From positions 128,464,001 to 128,528,000 of the forward strand of contig OX597820.1 in assembly GCA_951406725.2 (NCBI GenBank): a stretch of DNA of 64,000 nucleotides, read 5' to 3'. The position numbers were made by a program, and so were the translations under genes. Below the pieces are notes generated by a model. The model worked only from the letters and a program-made list of their open reading frames with translations. It was not told where the DNA came from and did no database searches. This DNA is from Octopus vulgaris. Its lineage: Eukaryota. This document shows positions 41,300 through 53,210 of the stretch, piece after piece. Position 1 is the first letter of the stretch, and each line of letters begins with the position of its first letter.

Positions 41300-42470
41300 C
41301 ATACATATATATATATACTAGCAGTATCGCCCGGCGTTGCTCGGCGTTGTAAGGGAAATAACTATGTAAGCATTTTTAGAGAGTTATAGCCAAAAAATAG
41401 CAAAAAAATGCATTAAAAATTGAAAAAAAATTCAGGTAAATTTTTTTTTAAATCGTTGACACATCGTAGATATTCTTAGAGAGTTACTTCCCTTATATAA
41501 AAGCGAAAAAATCCATTAAAATGGAAAAATATGATGGTAAATCGTAGACTCATCGTAGACGCGCGCTAATACCTAGAAGGGCTCGATATGAATCACGACT
41601 ATAAGATACCCGCTTTTGGTTAAACTGCACCGCAAAATGTGGGAGTAGTTACGAATCTAAATCGAAGGGGACAGACACACAACTTTTTTTTTTCAGTCAT
41701 AGAGTTAGATTTATGAAGGTCTTCAGTAGAAAATCCTTCGAATTCTGACTCGCTGCTTGATATAATGAAATTCGTATCCATTTTTTGTCAGAATTACAAA
41801 TTTTGAAAACACAATAGGAACAAATTTCGGAAAAAAATCTCCCATAATTCACGGAATTAAAATTACACTTCGATTTTTGTACAAAACTGTATTTGAAGTG
41901 TTTACGAAGTATAATACGTGTTTTCACGAATGTACTAAAGAGATTTACTCTGATATTCTCATTTAAATATGAATAGGTAAATTCGGGCGGTTTGGTAACG
42001 AAAGGGTTTATATAAGTGTCGTCTGTTTATACATAAACACTGTTTCATACTTTCAGTTTAGTCTTCCTCAAATCACTCTGTCGCTAATTTACTCTCTTCC
42101 AAGAACATTTTCACTCACTCTTATCTGTTAGCTTCCCATACATTTTACTCATGTATCTATCAGCGTGATAGACAGAAACAAATATTACATCTAGTTTCAC
42201 TTTATTCGTTACACACTGTGTGTGTGCGTTTGCGTGTGCTGTAAACCAGACTAAGAAAAGCATTTGACATACACACCAGAATGTGAGTTTTCTGTAAATT
42301 TTGCTTAATTGGAGTTTAAATTTTAAAAACTGGACCTGGCATGACGCGATGCATTCTACTCTTAAAAATGCTAGGTAAATTGTAATTGAAGAAATCCTAT
42401 ATTGTAGATTTCTATAACTCCCAAAGGGAGGCAGATAAAATCTGCCTTTTATAATAAGAGATAAGAGATA
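33963..42470 (+). repeat. Tandem array of Helitron/Helentron-like non-autonomous units (~1.85-2.04 kb period) carrying mariner fragments
   Basis: ACTAGCAGTATCGCCCGGCGTTGCTCGG recurs at 33963, 35438, 37428, 39467 and 41317. Units end with ctcccaaagggaggcagataaaatctgccttttataataagag (hairpins). Confidence 0.8.
38200..38440 (-). pseudogene. mariner transposase N-terminal (HTH) fragment, repeated at ~36200-36350 and 40240-40480
   Basis: INAVYGDWTISVRQCQWWFQK...SLEDEPHPERSVELD...TVEELAEKLGFGHSTIH resembles the Mos1-type N-terminus. Confidence 0.75.
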
Positions 42471-42512
42471 TATATACATACATATATATATATTTTATAT
42501 ATATATATATAT

Positions 42513-42574
<62 letters not shown>

Positions 42575-42824
42575 GAATTATGTACCTACTATGGATGCTG
42601 TCCAAAAACTAGTAAAAGAATATATCACACAAACACATGTATAATATCTATTTGTATCGGTGTGTATATATACACACACACATGATTAAAAACTAAAGAA
42701 TATGAAAACTAAAAGAATATATCACACACATTTTTTTGATTTGTGTAAAAAAATCATATACATTGTTCTAAGAAATAATTTATTTACTTTCTTTAAAAAA
42801 TTATTTTATTTTATTCAGTAAAAT

Positions 42825-42916
42825 CAACTCATTTGCATACGCGCAAGTCGTAGGATCGACTACTTACGACTAGCTAGCGCGTGTGCGCGCACCGGGTCCA
42901 GTCTTCGCTAGTAGTA
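42825..42916 (+). promoter_or_regulatory. Inverted copy of the gene B promoter-like block, oriented toward gene C
   Basis: caactcatttgcatacgcgcaagtcgtaggatcgactacttacgactagctagcgcg...ccagtcttcgctagtagta is the reverse complement of 32991-33097 with a short deletion. Confidence 0.5.
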
Positions 42917-43346
42917 CCAAGAAATTTTTCAATTTTTATTACTTTCCTATTTCTTCTTCAAAGTATGGAATATCACTTGTCTGTCTTACAAGTATTAATA
43001 TTCTGTAATTAAGTTTTTAAGCAATCCAAATTTAGAATATTACCCCAGCAATTCAAAAGTTACACTTGACTACGTAAAAATAAAAATGTTATTCTGTGTT
43101 TCTCCTATTAATATAATGTAAATTTTCATTTTGAGGTGTATAGGACTCAAATTTTTTTTTTTAAATAGTTTCCATGATTCGATCGAACCATGCTAGAGCA
43201 TCATGACTGCTATTTCTCCTATACTCTATTTGACAAGAATTAGCTCAGTTACGTCCCTTTAAATTACACACTTGCATCGCGATAAGTTGGTACACAGTTT
43301 TCGCCGGTGAGATTTGACAAGCAGAGCATAGGTCTGTCCAAGGTAC

Positions 43347-43761
43347 GGATCTTTACGGTTTGAACGGCAGTTTTTTTTTCTAGCGGTGTCATATGAAATT
43401 GTCACCCATAATTATGACCCTAGTATCGATCTATTGCATTTCAATCTTTTTTTGGGGTAGGGGTGGGAGGAAGGGTATGTTTTTTTCTTCACAAATGTAA
43501 ATAAACCCAATCTGTTTCTTAAACGAGGGACATATTCATACGGCACAGAATGCTTTCACCTCAATAGACGTCATTGATTGGTTGAAATTGCAGAAATTGA
43601 AGAAGAAAAAACAACAAATATCTTACAAATTATAGAATTTTCTCAATAAAGCCAAGAGAAAAAGATGTTTTATATGCACATTCTACTAGTATACGAAGTC
43701 TAAAAGTGTTAAGTTATGTGGAAATTATTTTTAAAAACTGCCGTTCAAACCGAAAATATCT
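43347..43761. mobile_element. Merlin-type MITE (415 bp), opposite orientation to 19878-20288
   Basis: GGATCTTTACGGTTTGAACGGCAG ... CTGCCGTTCAAACCGAAAATATCT. TSD CAAGGTAC/CGAGGTAC (7/8). Confidence 0.85.
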
Positions 43762-44792
43762 CGAGGTACAAAAGAAGACGCTTGCTCATGAGAGCTCGTA
43801 GAACGATCAAAGCTAGAAGTATGTCGGTGTAACGTGAATTTCTTTCTACATTTTGTGGTGATAGTGATGTAAGAAGTAAGATCACATGCGGTCGTATCGT
43901 GCCGGGAATAAGGTCGCATGCAGCTCTACTCTTAACGAAATCATTACAAGCCATAAAATACATACAACGACAATAGGACATAAGTGAATTGACACAAGTC
44001 TTCTGTTGGTAGATAAATATTATTTATTTACATATTTTACAATCATGCTGATGTTGGAAGTTTATAAGTGTTAGCATGTTTTTGTGTCTGGGTGTTCGTG
44101 AGGCATAAAAAGGTACTGACCATAGGATTAACCACGGAACTCGGTTTACAGTTCATGTTGTTTGTATCAGTATAGCACAGGTAGTAGCAGAAACAATCGC
44201 CTATCTCTAAGTTGAGAAGCAAGCAAAAACAATCGCATATCTCTAAGTTGAGCAGTAGGTGGTCTAAGTTAGTTCTTAGAGGAACTAGAACTCAAGACAA
44301 AAATGTCTGTGAAAACTGGTTTATATAATATTTGGTTGGCTCACCGAACTCCAGAAAATGGAATTTTAACCGAAGGTCTTGATTGGTTGATTCGCGATTG
44401 GCGCGAAAATAAGTCGAGACAATTCGCATCACGTGTCAACCAGTGACGCGGACTACGCAGGGACCCTCGTGTTACATGTCCACCAGTGACGCGAACTACG
44501 CAGGGACCCTCGTGTCACACGTCAACTAATCAAGTTAGTGTTTAGAAAAAGAACAAGTTGGCCAAAGATGGTTGTAAGCTCAAACGAGATTATTTCTGCT
44601 TTGCCGTTCACACAGTGAAGATATTAGATATCGCTATAGTCATATAACAAAGTGGAGAAACTGCCACGCTACAGTGAATATTCTGAAAGCAATATCATGC
44701 ATAGCTAAAATGGTGAGCTGGCAGAATCGTTAGCATGTCGGGCAAAATGCTTAGCAGCATTTCTTCCGTCTTAACGTTCTGAGTTCAAATTC

Positions 44793-45898
44793 GGATCTTT
44801 TCTGTTTGGCTGCACCAGTGGAAATTTCAAAGTTTATAAAAAAAATTTTAATTTGGTGTATTCATGTAATTTTCCAAGCTGAGTCTCAGGGGATGTTTCA
44901 CTTTTTCCAGAAATATTTTTTAAAAAAGTTATAGAGGTTTAGAATTTGGTCATTTTCACCCATAGAAAACAAAATTCGGAAGCGGTCATTTTGTGCGTGC
45001 AACACGTGTTGTCAACTGTAAACAAATGAAATATTGACGGAATTCTGCTTTACGCACGTCATTTAACCCCTCATAACTTACTCTATACTCTTTTACTCGT
45101 TTCAGTCATTTGACTGTAGCCATGCTGGAGCACCGCCTTTAGTCGAGCAAATCGACCCCAGGACTTATTCTTTGTAAGCCTAGTACTTATTCTATTGGTC
45201 TCTTTTGCCGAACCGCTAGACTACGGGGACGTAGACAAACCAGCATCGGTTGTCAAGCGATGTTGGGGGGGGGACAAACACGGACACACAAACGTATATA
45301 CACTATATACACACATTCATATATACGGCGGGCTTCTTTCAGTTTCCGTCTACCAAATCCACTCACAAGGCTTTGGTTGGCCCGAGGCTATAGTAGAAGA
45401 CACTTGCCCAAGGTGCCACGCAATGGGACTGAACCCGAAACCATGTGGTTGGTAAGCAAGCTACTTACCACACAACCACTCCTACGCCTATAACTTCAAA
45501 TTTTCTTTTGAATTTTTCGATTTTTTTTTGCAAATTTGTACTCTACACACAGGAATTCATACGACTATGCAAAAATCAAAACAAAAAAATTGGAGGTGCA
45601 TGATTTAAGACCTATTTAGCTGTTATTTTTAGCACATCTCACCACCACCTCAATGAATAGTATATATTTGTCAACACGTGCTTTCTCGCAGACAAAAGAC
45701 AAGAATGTGTTTGTGGCTTACAATTGGCTAAAATTATCCGGAATTAGCAAACTTTAAAAATTGTTAACTCTTTATTCCTTGATTTATGACGAAAATGAAT
45801 GTCATGGCATTGATTAGCATATAAAACTATATCATTACACCGAATATGAAATCAATTCAATAGAAACTGAAGAGATTGAAAACGCAGCCAAACAGAAA
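44793..45898. mobile_element. Second Merlin-like MITE family, inserted in a family-2 SINE and carrying a nested SINE
   Basis: GGATCTTTTCTGTTTGGCTGC ... GCAGCCAAACAGAAA (last bases and TSD lost). The host SINE resumes at gccgaaatcgactttgcc. Confidence 0.7.
45080..45489 (-). mobile_element. Full-length family-1 SINE with TSD
   Basis: Complete head to tail on the minus strand, flanked by the direct repeat ataactt (45073-45079 and 45490-45496). Confidence 0.85.
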
Positions 45899-46511
45899 GC
45901 CGAAATCGACTTTGCCTTTCATCCTTTCGAGGTCGATAAACTAAGTAGCAGTAGAGCACTGGGGTCGATGTAATCGATTAGCCCTCTCCTTCCAACTTGC
46001 TGGCCTTGTGCCAAAATTTGAAACAAGTATTACTCATCAAAAACGTATTGTTACCGAGTTTTCTCTGCTTTATTCATGCACTAATATTCTTTTCTACTCT
46101 AGGCACAAGGCACGAAATTTTGGGGGAGGGGACCAGCCGATTAGAACGACCCCAGTACGCAACTAGTACTTAATTTATCGACCCCGAAAGGATGAAAGGC
46201 AAAGTCGTTGTCGGCGGAATTTGAACTCAAAACATAAAGACAGACGAAATAATTCATGCACTAATATTGTAAGTATTCAATTACGTTTAAGGTGAAACAA
46301 ACCATTTGGTTCTCAACTGCATTTGATTTTATCAAGTAATACTAGATATTATAGGTGCAGGCATGGATGTATAGTAAGCAGTTTGCTTCTCAACTACATA
46401 GTTTCGGGTTCTGTCATACTGCATGAGACCTTGGGCAAACCCTTTCTATTATTAGCACTGCGCCGATCAAAGCCTTGCGAGTGGACTTTGAAGACGGGAA
46501 ACCGAAAAAAG

Positions 46512-46564
<53 letters not shown>

Positions 46565-47414
46565 CGTAAAGGAACCGAGATTTGAAACTTGGGTAGATAC
46601 CTTATTAAGTTACTTACTCAGCAATAACACGTGTCCGATTGTAATATCTTTTACTCTTTTACTTGTTTCAGTCATTTGACTGCAGCCGAGCAAATCGACC
46701 CCGGACTTATTCTTCGTCTGAAAATTTTTTCTACGAATTTCGACCCCAAAAATTTTCTTTAAAAAAAGTGGAAAATTGGTTGGGGAGGTCAAAATGTTGA
46801 AATGCTGAATTCTTTTGCAGATTCGGAATCTCCACAATCGAAAACGTTGGTTTCTGTAGACCCCCCCCCCTGAAAGTGGGTGCGGTCCATGTCGTTTACT
46901 CTTTTAAGTAAACTGAAAGCCAGTCCGTCCTTAAACGTGATTGTTTAGTATGCTAGAAATAGCAGTTATTAAGTATACAAAACAGACACTATTCTGATAT
47001 TCTAATATGCCGCAAAGGGGAAAAATGTCTATTGCAGTATATTAGGACGCGACATCAAACTCCGAGTAACTTTCAAATTTCGTTTTGTAGAATGAACACT
47101 TTCAGTGAAAAATGAAGAAATGAGAGTAGGATTGAAATTTTAAGTTGCAATTTTTGCCAATATTTGTTTTCAGTATCGGAATCTACATAGTCGAAAGGTT
47201 GGGTTTCCGTTAAAAAAAAAAGGTGGGGGTACGTCTCCGCCATGTACGCCATCTAAATATACCCAACACGCGACTGACATTCATACAAAGTTTAAAAAAA
47301 CAAAATGTATTCGGATTGTAAAAAACAGTTATTGTATAGAGATGCAGCATGAAGTTTTGTCAGTGAACAGGTCGCGGTCTCAAAGCGACGAAAATATTTT
47401 GACTAATTGAATTT

Positions 47415-47578
47415 GGCGTAACTTCGGTATAAGTACCGGATACCTTTCAAGAAAGTGTTTTATTTATATATATGGGCAGTTAGGTTTAGGGTTAAGGTTT
47501 GGGGTGGGAGAAATGGGTTTCTGTTATCTTCACAAATGTAAACAAAGCCACTTCCGGTACTTATACCGAAGGATCGCC
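47415..47578. mobile_element. 164-bp Merlin-like MITE ~510 bp upstream of the gene C start codon
   Basis: TIRs GGCGTAACTTCGGTATAAGTACCGGA / TCCGGTACTTATACCGAAGGATCGCC. TSD TTGAATTT/TTAAATTT (7/8). Confidence 0.8.
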
Positions 47579-48087
47579 TTAAATTTAAATGTTGAAGTGA
47601 ATCTAACGGTTTTTGTGTATTTCTTAAAAGGCTTATAAACACCTTCCACGCTGCAATTGTTTTCGTTCCCGCGCACGATCTCAGATCAAGTCACTGGCTA
47701 TGCAAGTACATCTCCGTAAAGTTATTGTATATTATTAATAATTAGTTATAGTAATTATAATGATATTTGGCTATCTTTCATTGCTATGATATTAATGTTA
47801 AAACCACTTTTTAATCCTTTAACTTGACATATTGGTAGCATTTATAATAAACTGATGAAAAAATATTTGAAAAGGCACCAATACGAAACTAACACTTTGA
47901 AACTTCATTTAGTTTAGTTTTTATTATTTACTCCTTAATTGTATTTGCTGAAACAGAAAAAACTCTTGAAGTGTTCTCGCAATTATCGCTTCGTAGGTTG
48001 TAAATATTGTGTTCCATTATAATGCGGCGTTTGAAACCTTACTTTATGTGAACTTTATTATTTTAATCCGCATTCATTTCCTCGACG

Positions 48088-48793
48088 ATGCCTCGTCGTG
48101 TTGGACGGCCACGAAACCCGACCAGTATTAGCAACAATGTTATGAGCGACAACGAAATCAAGCAAGAACGATGGACATTCGCTGACATTGTGTTGCAGAC
48201 TAACTCAATTGATGCAGCAGTTACTTGGCTGGCAAAACACAGACTCATAAGCAATTCTACTGTATGTCCCACTTGTGGTGACCCGTGTACAGTTGTCCGC
48301 TATCAGCAAAGTTGTGACGGGAGGCAGTGGGGATGTGCAAAGGACAGGTTTATTATGTCAATACGCGATGGTTCGATATTCGCTGGAAGCCACATATCAC
48401 TACCAAAACTTATATGGTTAATGTACTTATGGTCAAGAGAACACCAACAAATCGAGATGTCGCACGAAACAGATGTTGGTGAACGAACTATATCAGACTG
48501 GTGTCATTTCATCCGAGAGCGACTCGAATGGTTTCTGGAAGATCATCCGACTGAATTAGGTGACGATCCACCTGAAATTGGTGGATTCGATTTAGATTCA
48601 GGTGAACCAATAATTGTTGAAGTAGGCATGTTTACATTTTTTAAATCGAAACACAATGAAAAGAAACACGAAAAAGAAGGACACATGGTGTTTGGAGGAA
48701 TTGAACGCGAAACTGGGAAATGTTTTCTGGTGCCTATCGAACATCAGAATAAAGACGCTTTCGAAGCTATTGTCACTCGTTGGATTTTACCTG
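48088..48793 (+). CDS. Gene C exon 1: Merlin/IS1595-like transposase-derived protein
   Basis: MPRRVGRPRN; CPTC...WGCAKD, SIRDGSIF, IVEVGM, VFGGIERETGKCF and WILPG. Donor CCT G|gtatgg. 706 nt, phase 1. Spliced product 333 aa. Confidence 0.88.
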
Positions 48794-49106
48794 GTATGGT
48801 TAATTTCTATACATACCTGAAGTAATAGTAGTCATATCATGTAAAAATTATTTTTATTCAGATGGGTTTTTTTTTCCATCTGCATATCATGCATTCGTGT
48901 AAAAATAATTCTTGTTTTAGTCATTGGACTGCAGTCATATGGAAGGGTTTAGTCGATCAAATCGACTCTAGCTCTTATTTTCAAGTCCGGTACTTATTTT
49001 ATCAGTCTCTTTAGCCGGACCGCTATGCTACTGGGACGTAAACAAACCAACACCGGTTGTAATGCGGTGGGTGGCAAATACAGAGACCAACGCACACCCT
49101 CACGCA

Positions 49107-49164
<58 letters not shown>

Positions 49165-52055
49165 ACGAGCTTTCCAGTTTCAACCAAGTTTACTCACAAG
49201 TCATTAGTTAACCCGGAGCTGCGGTAGAAGATCCTTGCCCACGGCTCCGCTTGGTGACACTGAACACTTATAAAGAAAAAGAAAGAAAAAATATTGGTTG
49301 TGAAATTCTTAATCACATATCCATGACTGCGCCTAATAAGTCGGGGGGAAAGTCGTTTCTTCTCACACATTGCCACTTGTCCTATATATATCCAGTATAG
49401 AACAAGTATTTGACAATTTCTTCTTTCCATTCACCATCACCGCCTAAAGTTATAACTACATGATTACTTTTATCTCATAGTTATATTAAATGTTTAACGA
49501 GAACTCGTTAACCCTCATCGACCATATTCGAAAAACGAGTTCGTTCAATCCACAAGAAATAGCAGTCAATCCTCTTGGGGGGCGGTATTTTGGAATGGTC
49601 ATCATTTCATTGGTGTTATTCGTGACTTAATTAGGTGAACAGTGGATTGCTCTTATGCTTCCAATAACATGTCATTTTTTTCTTTGAGAAGGGGTTGCTA
49701 GTCATTGTACAATTCCTGAAGAAGAAACAGTGTGAGTGATTCCCTGTGACCTTTCTTATCACAGTGTAACATTGCCAATTCAGAAAGAGAGAGGAAATCA
49801 ACCTTGTACTTAACAGCTACTTTAATTATCAACCCAGAAGAATGAGAAACAAAACCGATCTTTAGCAGGATTTGAACTAACTTGGAGTGAAGAGAACCAG
49901 AACAAATTCCACAAGACATTCTTCTATCTGGCATTCCAATGACTCTGATAATCTTCAGTCTTATCTTAAGAGATTAAGGACATTTCTAAAAGAATAGCAT
50001 TGCAGATTATCTAGTATAACAAAAAACTGTAATTTCTTTGGATGTGTATGTTATTGCATAGTATTATAATCCTGCACACACAAAAAGAGAAAAAGATGGT
50101 AGTGGAGGCAAATGGAAGTTACCTCCTTTCTTTCTATAACTTCTCATTTTTGACTTTTTTTGAAAATTTGTTCAATTTTATGGTTAAACATCTGTGATTG
50201 GTTATTTGAAAAATATGTATAACATAAATCTGCCAAAAAATTTGGAAAATGTCTAAATTGAAAAATTAAAGAAAAAGAAGGAAGATCATGCCACCTCCTC
50301 TTATTCCTATTTATTTATTAATTTTTTTTTCTTCAGAATTGTAATCTGTAATGCTTAAAACATATACATATTTCTTATAGTCCCATAAAATTGTGTTAAA
50401 AAGATAAATTTCAGAGAGTGTCTTCCCACCTCCTTAAGTGTAAATCTTTAGGGTGATTTAGCATTTTTAATGATATTTTCCCAGAAAATTTGACAATTAT
50501 TTCTGACAGTTATGTGGACTATGATAATGTAGGATACAATGTTTTGAAATAAAGAAAATCAATGAAATTGCCATCATGATCTGTGTACAAATTATCAACT
50601 TGGCCTTCTGAGAAATTCTACAGAAATTCCTTATAATGTTAACTCTTTGCCTGTCCTAAACATTTTCATAAGTTTGTCCTAAACGTCCATGCTTGTTTTC
50701 AGACTTTTTGTTTGCCCTTGTTTTGTACATTCTGAGTCATATAAAGCTTTTCCTTCTTAAGTACCAATTTACTATGGTGGTTGAGAAAATTTAAGAATGT
50801 TTAGCATAAATGAAACTTAAATGCAGGGAATTATGTCCTGTGTGTCATTTGTGATACACTGGACAGAAAAAAGATTCAGGACTGTCATCCTCATTTTAAC
50901 ATTCACTTCTGAGATGTCATCTGCAGAGAAGCTCAATATCATCAGCATAATCTTAGACTTATTATTGCTGTGGCAAGTGACATGGACTTTGTTACAGAGT
51001 CTGGGTTCCTTGGCTCCTTTGTTTTGTCAGTTGAAGTGTGAAGGGCTTATTTTAGACAGATGGTAAATGGTAATGGTACAAGCATATCACCTTCCAAGAT
51101 TCCTGCATTGATTCTAAAGAAATAACTGTCTCAATTAGCTTGATGGTATTTTAGCTCATCTCATGTAAAGAATCATTACTGTTGCTACTACTTTGGAAAA
51201 AAATTGCTCTCTTTTGCCTCAGTTAGAGTTTTTGAGGAATTCACAAATAGTAAGACTACTTGGGGATTTTGAGCCCTGACTCTCAACAATTCTTCTGATT
51301 GTTAAGTCCAACAGCAAACCAATATTTTTTTGTACCCATTTTGGTTTATTCACAAGATCTCATGTTTAAAATGAACAGTCCCTCAGAAAAATAATATAAC
51401 TCCAATCCTGTTCTGTTTGGAAGTAAGAATACCATATAACAAACAGAACACTTCTTTAGCTCTAAGATAAACACTGAAAACAAAATTTGAATATTTTGGA
51501 CAGTGGTATTTTCTTTTTCTGTGTGACAGAGAATAAGCAAATAAACATAATGAAGTGTAAAGAATTAAAGTATTCTCGGGTGGGATATGGAGGAAAATGA
51601 ATCCATGGCAACATAGTTGACTCCGCTAAAGATACCCAAAAGCGACAGATTAAGTCTTCCTGCCCAACAATAGGAGCAGTCCTTTCAACAACTTTACACA
51701 CTCTCGTCTCCATCTTGCCAAATTTCCCTCACAATTCTGTCGCTGATTGGAGATATGATAGAAAGTACACTTGCCTAAGGTACGTTACTGTGAGCTCAAA
51801 CCTGAAACCATGTTATTACTAAACCTACTTTTTAATCACTCAACTGACCCTGTACCAATAGTTATGCTTTGCTGGTAAAGAAGGCCACTGTTTCTAAGAC
51901 TGCTAATATTATTTTCATTGTGTGAACTGCATCTATAATTCAGTTTTAATTCCCAGTAGTGCTTGTGTTTATGGTGTTCCCCAGAAAGTGCATGAACAGC
52001 ACTTCTGTTTATCTGAGGTTTAATGACTGTTTAAAAATTCTTATTTTCATTGCAG

Positions 52056-52351
52056 GTACCCATATTGTGTCTGATGTATGGGCTGAATATCTCCAAATCG
52101 ACCAGATCCAGCAAGGGATATATACTCATGAATATATAGATTATGAAGATCCAAATGATTCTGAAATCCACACCAGAAACATTGACAAGATGTGGTTAGA
52201 AGTCAAGAGAAAATTGCGACAAAAACATGGAACTCGTGACAAAGTTACAGTTCAGTCTTTATTAACCGAATTCATGTGGAGGTCTCATTTTAAGAATAAT
52301 GATAAATTTGCTGCCCTAATTTATTCTCTCAGACACTTATATAAACTTTAA
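52056..52351 (+). CDS. Gene C exon 2
   Basis: Acceptor ttttcattgcag|GT ACC CAT. THIVSDVWAEY...HTRNIDKMW...EFMWRSHFKNNDKFAALIYSLRHLYKL*. 296 nt. Confidence 0.88.
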
Positions 52352-52689
52352 TAAATTTGATCTTTTTCTTTTAATTTGTAATCATTATCATTTTTTTTTC
52401 ATTGCTTCACTTGCCTTTAATCATCTGTTGCCTCTCACTCATGCAAACTTACCTGCTCCTTTGTCCATCTCCCTCACCTGTTCCTCTTTTCTCCACTCCC
52501 TTCACATTCATCCTATTATACCTTGAAAGTATCACCATTATCTTTTCTCTTTTTCCAGCTGGGATAGCCATGTGTCTCCTCCATAGCAAGACAACTGTTC
52601 CTATCCTCCTACCATACTCATGCCTCTCAACATTTGGCATAAAGCCTCCTCCCTCAATATTATAATATAATAATGAAATTATTATATAC

Positions 52690-53210
52690 AGTGTTCAGGT
52701 GCACCACAACTTGTCAAAAGTGCGTATAAAGTATATGCAGTAATGTACAAATGTTTGGAAAGTGAACAATGTATGAGTCAGATACATGCTTGCATATGTA
52801 TAGAGGGGAGAAAATCATGTGTAGTGTTGGCGAATCTCAGGAAACATGGAAGTTTTGAAGGATGCAGTGCTCCGACAACTAACAACTGATGCTGGCAGTT
52901 TGTTCCATGCTTCAGCAACTCTTAGCATGAAAAAATGTTTCCAAAAGTCATGGAAGGAGCTGTGCTGTTTTCTGACTTTGTAAACATGTTCACGGGTGTT
53001 AGACAGATGGAGTTTGAAAAGGTGCTCAGAGTTATTGTTTGTAAGATGGTTAATAATTTTATGGGTGTCTGCCAAGTCAGCTGCCAGATGTTGGAGTTTC
53101 AATGTATCCATGCCCAAGGAAGTAAGGCATTCAGAATATGGCAAATGCCTGATGGAGGGTATTCTCTCCATCTCAATGAAAGGAACTTGTTTTGTACGGT
53201 ACTTGGCAAC
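52690..53210 (-). mobile_element. 3' fragment of CR1-like LINE
   Basis: LPYSECLTSLGMDTLKLQHLAADL...FFMLRVAEAWNKLP resembles the CR1 ORF2 C-terminus. Confidence 0.75.

Noticed and set aside
44439-44525. 43-bp repeats as a CRISPR array (likewise the 20-bp duplication near 3278-3322 and the ~37-bp one near 44191-44252)
   Set aside because: Only two adjacent units with no unique spacers and no cas genes, in eukaryotic DNA.
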